A stretch of DNA of 12,810 nt. Origin: an uncultured bacterium. GTDB taxonomy: Bacteria; Zixibacteria; MSB-5A5; GN15; FEB-12. Where the stretch lies: NCBI GenBank assembly GCA_965372795.1, contig CBDVDR010000033.1, positions 1 through 12,810 on the forward strand. The letters are read 5' to 3'. Shown one piece after another: positions 8,715 through 12,810 of this stretch. The notes beneath the pieces were generated by a model, which was not told the origin of the DNA, did not search any database, and saw only the letters and a list, made by a program, of their open reading frames with translations. A program made the position numbers and the translations under genes. Positions within the stretch are counted from its first letter, which is position 1. Each line of letters begins with the position of its first letter.

Positions 8715-8743
8715 AATCTATCTTATAAACCAAATAATATCAA
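8715..8743 (-). promoter_or_regulatory. Putative sigma70-type promoter for rsgA
   Basis: TTGATA (8743-8738), 17 nt spacer, TAGATT (8720-8715), then 8 nt to the ATG at 8706. Confidence 0.55.
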
Positions 8744-8783
8744 GTAAGTAACTTATCAAAAATTAATTAAGAATATTGGAATC

Positions 8784-8812
8784 TTGCCAAAATATCATTT
8801 TTTATGTATCCT
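8784..8812 (+). promoter_or_regulatory. Putative sigma70-type promoter for secA
   Basis: TTGCCA (8784-8789), 17 nt spacer, TATCCT (8807-8812). It overlaps the upstream ATG at 8804, which favours the ATG at 8846 preceded by AAGGA at 8837-8841. Confidence 0.55.
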
Positions 8813-8845
8813 AAAAGCCTTAGGAAACGTAAAATTAAGGAAGAT

Positions 8846-11824
8846 ATGAAAAACTTTATAACAAAATTATTCGGTACGAAACATGAGCGGGATTACAAAA
8901 AAGTTCAGCCGTTCATTGAAGAAATAAATGCCCAGTTCGATAAACTAAGCGATCTCACCGAAGATGAACTAATCGGCAAAACTGAAGAGTTTAAACAACG
9001 TCTTGTTGATGGTGAAACGGTCGAAGACCTTATGAATGAAGCCTTTGCGGTAGTCAAAGAAGCCTGTCGCCGTCATCTCGGGCAAACTTGGGATGTCGCC
9101 GGTCAGCAGGTTGAATGGAACATGGTGCATTTTGATGTGCAGTTAATCGGTGGCATCATCCTCCATCAGGGTAAAATTGCCGAGATGGCAACCGGTGAAG
9201 GTAAAACTCTGGTGGCAACTTTGCCGACCTATCTCAATGCTTTAACCGGCAAAGGGGTTCATGTTGTTACCGTCAATGATTACCTCGCCCAGCGTGATAG
9301 AGACTGGATGGGCAAAATTTATGAATATCTGGGTTTGACTGTTGGGGTAATTCAGAATCAGATGAATAATGCTGAACGGCGTGAAGAATACCAATGTGAC
9401 ATAACATTTGGAACCGCCAATGAATTTGGGTTTGACTATCTCCGTGACAATATGGCCCAGACAGCCGAAGATCGGGTCCACCGCAATAATTTTTACTCAA
9501 TTATTGATGAAGTCGATTCAATTCTTATTGATGAAGCCCGGACACCGTTGATTATTTCCGGAACTATCGAATCGAATGTTTCTGATCGTTATCGCGAGAT
9601 GAAACCGACCGTTGATCGGATTGTTAGAAAACAGGTCCTGCTAATTAATGAAATGATTGCCAAAGCTGAAAAATTGCTCAGCGATGGTAAAGAAGAAGAT
9701 GATTTTGAAGCCGGTACAATTTTACTGGCAGCTAATCGCGGAGCCCCAAAAAATAAAAAACTACAGAAAATTTTAAAAGAACCGGGCATGAAAAAGCTGA
9801 TGTCGGATGTTGAAGGTTCTTACATGCGTGATAAGAAACTACACGAAATTGATGAACTGCTTTATTACTTTATTGATGAACGGGAACACTCGATCTCGTT
9901 AACCGATCTTGGTGCTTCCCAGCTTTCAAAAACGGAACAAGACCTTTATATCATCCCCGATATCTCATCGATGCTTTCCGAAGTTGATGGAGATGACACG
10001 CTGACACCGGAAATTCGCCAGAAAAAAACTGATGAAATTTATCGTATCCATGCCGAACGTTCGGAAAAAGTTCATGCCATTAATCAGCTTCTCCGCGGAT
10101 ACTCTCTTTATGAAAAAGATGTTGAATACGTCTTAGAGAACAGCAAGGTAATGATTGTTGATGAATTTACCGGACGTATTCTTCCCGGACGAAGATATTC
10201 CGACGGTCTTCATCAGGCAATTGAAGCCAAAGAAAATGTGAAAATTGAAGCTGAATCTCAAACTTTGGCAACGATTACCCTTCAGAACTATTTCAGGATG
10301 TATGAAAAACTTGCCGGCATGACCGGTACCGCAGAAACTGAAGCTGAAGAATTTTTTGATATTTATAAACTCGAAGTGATGGTCATTCCTACCAATCAGG
10401 ATTGTATTCGAGATGATCGGGAAGATCTTATTTATCGTACCCGTCGTGAAAAATATAATGCCATCATTAATGAGATTAAGGAAAAACATAATACCGGTCA
10501 ACCGATCCTGGTTGGTACGGTTACAGTGGATGTTTCTGAAACTCTTTCGCGAATGTTAAAACGAATCAAACTTAAACACAATGTACTAAACGCCAAACAA
10601 CATCAGAGCGAGGCGGAAATTGTGACGAACGCCGGTAAATTCGGAAGTGTCACGATTGCAACCAACATGGCTGGTCGTGGAACCGATATCAAACTCGGTG
10701 AAGGTGTTATCGAAAAGGGCGGGTTGCATATTGTTGGAACCGGACGCCACGAATCAAGACGAATTGACAGGCAGTTGCGCGGACGTGCCGGACGTCAGGG
10801 TGATCCGGGATCATCAAGATTCTTTTTATCACTCGAAGATGATTTGATGCGTCTTTTTGGCGGTGACCGCCTGGGAACAATTATGGATAAGCTCGGGGTT
10901 GAGGAAGGCGAAGTCATCGAACACGGCATGGTCACCAAAGCTATCGAACGGGCGCAGAAAAAAGTCGAGGCACAAAACTTTGCCATTCGTAAACATACGC
11001 TTGAATATGATGATGTTATGAATGTGCAGCGCAAATGGATTTATGAAAAACGTCTGGCGGCTTTGGAACGGGAATCTATTAAGGATGAAGTCGTTGAGCT
11101 GATTGATGAAGTCCTGAATACTCTTATTGAAACATACTGCCCTTCCGATCAGGTTGCCGAAGAATGGAATCTGAACGCTTTTGTTGAGGAGCTTCGTAAG
11201 GTTTATCTGTTTAATGTACAATTCCGCGATGAAGATTTACCGAAGTTGACCCATGAGAAGCTGAAAGAAAAAATTTACAAAGCTGTTAAAAACTTCTATG
11301 AACAAAAAGAAGAAGCATACGGCGAAGAGATCATGCGTCAATTAGAACGTTATGCGGTGCTTACTACTATCGATCAATACTGGCGCGACCATCTGGCTGA
11401 GATGGAAGAACTTCGCACAGGTATCGGACTAAGGGCGTATCATCAGGGACTTGGCAAACCGATTGACATTTATAAACGGGAAGCGTTCCAGGCATTTCAA
11501 AAAATGATCGAAGATATCGACAAGGATATCGTCAGTCTGGTTTATAAACTTCAGGTTAACGTTCCTGAAAAATCACGTTCTGCAAGACGCAAAGAAACCG
11601 ATATGGTAGCCTCACAAGCTGATGCCTCCGGAATGGGTTTTGGCGGAGCCGGAGTACCGACAACTACTGAAGGCAAACAGGATGCGAATCCGATGGCTCA
11701 AGCTTCCCAGTCGGGAACTCAGGCTCGCACGATTAAGAGGACGCAACCTAAGGTTGGTCGAAACGATCCCTGTCCTTGCGGAAGTGGCAAGAAGTACAAA
11801 AAATGTCATGGTGCAAACGCGTAA
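8846..11824 (+). CDS. secA: Preprotein translocase ATPase SecA; preferred start 8846, while the ORF track uses 8804
   Basis: [11 protein letters not shown] (Walker A), [80 protein letters not shown], and C-terminal [23 protein letters not shown]. Confidence 0.99.
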   Translation: MKNFITKLFGTKHERDYKKVQPFIEEINAQFDKLSDLTEDELIGKTEEFKQRLVDGETVEDLMNEAFAVVKEACRRHLGQTWDVAGQQVEWNMVHFDVQLIGGIILHQGKIAEMATGEGKTLVATLPTYLNALTGKGVHVVTVNDYLAQRDRDWMGKIYEYLGLTVGVIQNQMNNAERREEYQCDITFGTANEFGFDYLRDNMAQTAEDRVHRNNFYSIIDEVDSILIDEARTPLIISGTIESNVSDRYREMKPTVDRIVRKQVLLINEMIAKAEKLLSDGKEEDDFEAGTILLAANRGAPKNKKLQKILKEPGMKKLMSDVEGSYMRDKKLHEIDELLYYFIDEREHSISLTDLGASQLSKTEQDLYIIPDISSMLSEVDGDDTLTPEIRQKKTDEIYRIHAERSEKVHAINQLLRGYSLYEKDVEYVLENSKVMIVDEFTGRILPGRRYSDGLHQAIEAKENVKIEAESQTLATITLQNYFRMYEKLAGMTGTAETEAEEFFDIYKLEVMVIPTNQDCIRDDREDLIYRTRREKYNAIINEIKEKHNTGQPILVGTVTVDVSETLSRMLKRIKLKHNVLNAKQHQSEAEIVTNAGKFGSVTIATNMAGRGTDIKLGEGVIEKGGLHIVGTGRHESRRIDRQLRGRAGRQGDPGSSRFFLSLEDDLMRLFGGDRLGTIMDKLGVEEGEVIEHGMVTKAIERAQKKVEAQNFAIRKHTLEYDDVMNVQRKWIYEKRLAALERESIKDEVVELIDEVLNTLIETYCPSDQVAEEWNLNAFVEELRKVYLFNVQFRDEDLPKLTHEKLKEKIYKAVKNFYEQKEEAYGEEIMRQLERYAVLTTIDQYWRDHLAEMEELRTGIGLRAYHQGLGKPIDIYKREAFQAFQKMIEDIDKDIVSLVYKLQVNVPEKSRSARRKETDMVASQADASGMGFGGAGVPTTTEGKQDANPMAQASQSGTQARTIKRTQPKVGRNDPCPCGSGKKYKKCHGANA

Positions 11825-11851
11825 CTTCGTTACATTTTAAATAAAAAACTC

Positions 11852-11884
11852 AACTGGTAAGCTAAACAGCTTGCCGGTTTTTTT
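11852..11884 (+). terminator. Rho-independent terminator of secA
   Basis: AACTGGTAAGCT-AAAC-AGCTTGCCGGTT forms a 12-bp stem with two G-U pairs, followed by a T run, about 27 nt after the stop. Confidence 0.85.
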
Positions 11885-11951
11885 CACACACACTTTGTGT
11901 GGTTTTCTCGTGTAGTTTTTTACTCAATTAATATTTTTCCGTTGTAAGTCA

Positions 11952-12092
11952 TTATGATAATTCATAGTACAACCAAAATGGGTTCGTTTGCTCATTTTTT
12001 AGTTTTTGACCCCTTAAGAGCACTTTTCGTGATTTTCTCTGACTTTTCACATCGTGTGATTTTCTTATATTTATGGTCTCAAAATTAATCAT
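11952..12092 (-). CDS. Hypothetical 46-aa basic peptide MINFETINIRKSHDVKSQRKSRKVLLRGQKLKNEQTNPFWLYYELS
   Basis: ATG at 12092 with AAGGAGG at 12110-12104 (11 nt spacer). Ends TAA followed by TGA. No homology recognised. Not in the ORF track, whose shortest entry is 61 aa. Confidence 0.35.
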   Translation of the reverse strand: MINFETINIRKSHDVKSQRKSRKVLLRGQKLKNEQTNPFWLYYELS

Positions 12093-12193
12093 AACTCACC
12101 GTTCCTCCTTTTATAAAGGGTAGCGAATGTGTAATCATCAATGATTTGGTGGGGAATTTGGAATCTAAGATGTATGGGATTTTGGTTCGATAT

Positions 12194-12222
12194 TTGACAA
12201 AGGGATACATATATCCTATATT
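12194..12222 (+). promoter_or_regulatory. Putative promoter for the secreted protein gene
   Basis: TTGACA (12194-12199), 17 nt spacer, TATATT (12217-12222), about 50 nt upstream of the ATG at 12271. Confidence 0.7.
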
Positions 12223-12270
12223 TGCATGAGCACGGTTGTCAAAAATCTAAAATAAACAAAAGAGGGTCCC

Positions 12271-12810
12271 ATGAAGAAACTCGCAATTTTACTATTCATA
12301 ACATTGTTAGTATCGTCAACATACTCTGCTACGATCAATGTACCAGCTGATCAACCTACTATTCAAGCAGGCATAGATGCCGCTGTAAGTGGTGATACAG
12401 TTCTGGTTGCACCCGATTCTTATTATGAATCTCTTACTATTAATAGTAAATCAATTACGTTATTGTCTTCAGCTGGCTCGGCTTCAACAATAATAGATGC
12501 TGGAGGAATAAGTAATCTGCTTACGATTGGAGCAATAAATACAGAAAATACAGAAGTCGAGGGTTTCAGATTTGTTGGTGGAGACCCTTATAATTTATCT
12601 TATTCTTCAGGGTACGCAACAACTCGAAACTGTATTATCGACACAGCGTATCAAAATCCTGTTTATATCCATCCGCAATTTTTGGAAGCCATTGAAACAA
12701 GTTGCACATTTATTTCAAGATCAGATCTAAAATATAACGGAATAGTGGTTAGTGATGGTACAATCACAGAAACAACTACCTGGCCTGTTCCTCCGGCTGG
12801 TTTCTGTTAT
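12271..12810 (+). CDS. Secreted protein, probable right-handed beta-helix (pectin lyase-like) fold; 3'-truncated by the window edge
   Basis: 180 codons without a stop, absent from the ORF track. AGAGGG lies upstream. Sec signal MKKLAILLFITLLVSSTYSA is followed by TINVPADQPTIQAGIDAAVSGDTVLVAPDSYYESLTINSKSITL...TIIDAGG, the typical cap of parallel beta-helix proteins. Confidence 0.88.
   Translation, partial: MKKLAILLFITLLVSSTYSATINVPADQPTIQAGIDAAVSGDTVLVAPDSYYESLTINSKSITLLSSAGSASTIIDAGGISNLLTIGAINTENTEVEGFRFVGGDPYNLSYSSGYATTRNCIIDTAYQNPVYIHPQFLEAIETSCTFISRSDLKYNGIVVSDGTITETTTWPVPPAGFCY

Noticed and set aside
8707..8733. Longer RsgA N-terminus from TTG 8733
   Set aside because: It lies inside the predicted promoter spacer. 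ATG 8706 starts just before the first OB-fold strand (GIVI).
8804..8845. Longer SecA N-terminus ([14 protein letters not shown]) from ATG 8804
   Set aside because: It overlaps the predicted promoter and has no SD. ATG 8846 has AAGGA upstream and gives the typical 'M..F.TKLFG.K.ER' start.
257..11840. Numerous 60-172 aa alternative-frame and antisense ORFs in the ORF track (e.g. 5732-6250, 10133-10501, 10829-11221)
   Set aside because: All lie within or almost wholly overlap well-supported genes, and show no recognisable motifs. They are shadow ORFs.
11825..12270. tRNA, CRISPR array, IS end or known riboswitch in the post-secA spacer
   Set aside because: No cloverleaf (the GGTTCG matches lack T-arm stems), no regularly spaced repeats, no transposase or terminal inverted repeats, and no riboswitch consensus recognised.

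Overview
AT-rich bacterial chromosomal segment made up mostly of housekeeping genes. On the minus strand, read right to left, lie rsgA, an MlaD/MCE-family gene, a GH57 alpha-amylase/4-alpha-glucanotransferase, a class III sirtuin (cobB), a large TPR lipoprotein, pyrK and pyrD. secA is transcribed divergently and is followed by an intrinsic terminator, a structured ~450 bp spacer, and the 5' part of a secreted beta-helix-type protein gene that runs off the right edge. The SecA insertions, the MlaD tail and the secreted-protein N-terminus suggest an FCB-related lineage such as Zixibacteria (inference). I see no CRISPR array, RNA gene, mobile element or convincing new multi-gene system. The most notable observations are: (1) an in-frame TAA interrupting the pyrD C-terminus, with PyrD-like sequence continuing beyond it; (2) promoter-like hexamers 7-8 nt upstream of SD-less start codons in three genes, suggesting leaderless transcripts; (3) a probable degenerate TonB-C domain fused to the TPR lipoprotein; (4) an unlisted 46-aa antisense ORF with an AAGGAGG site, overlapping a hairpin/GGGTTCGTTT element downstream of secA.
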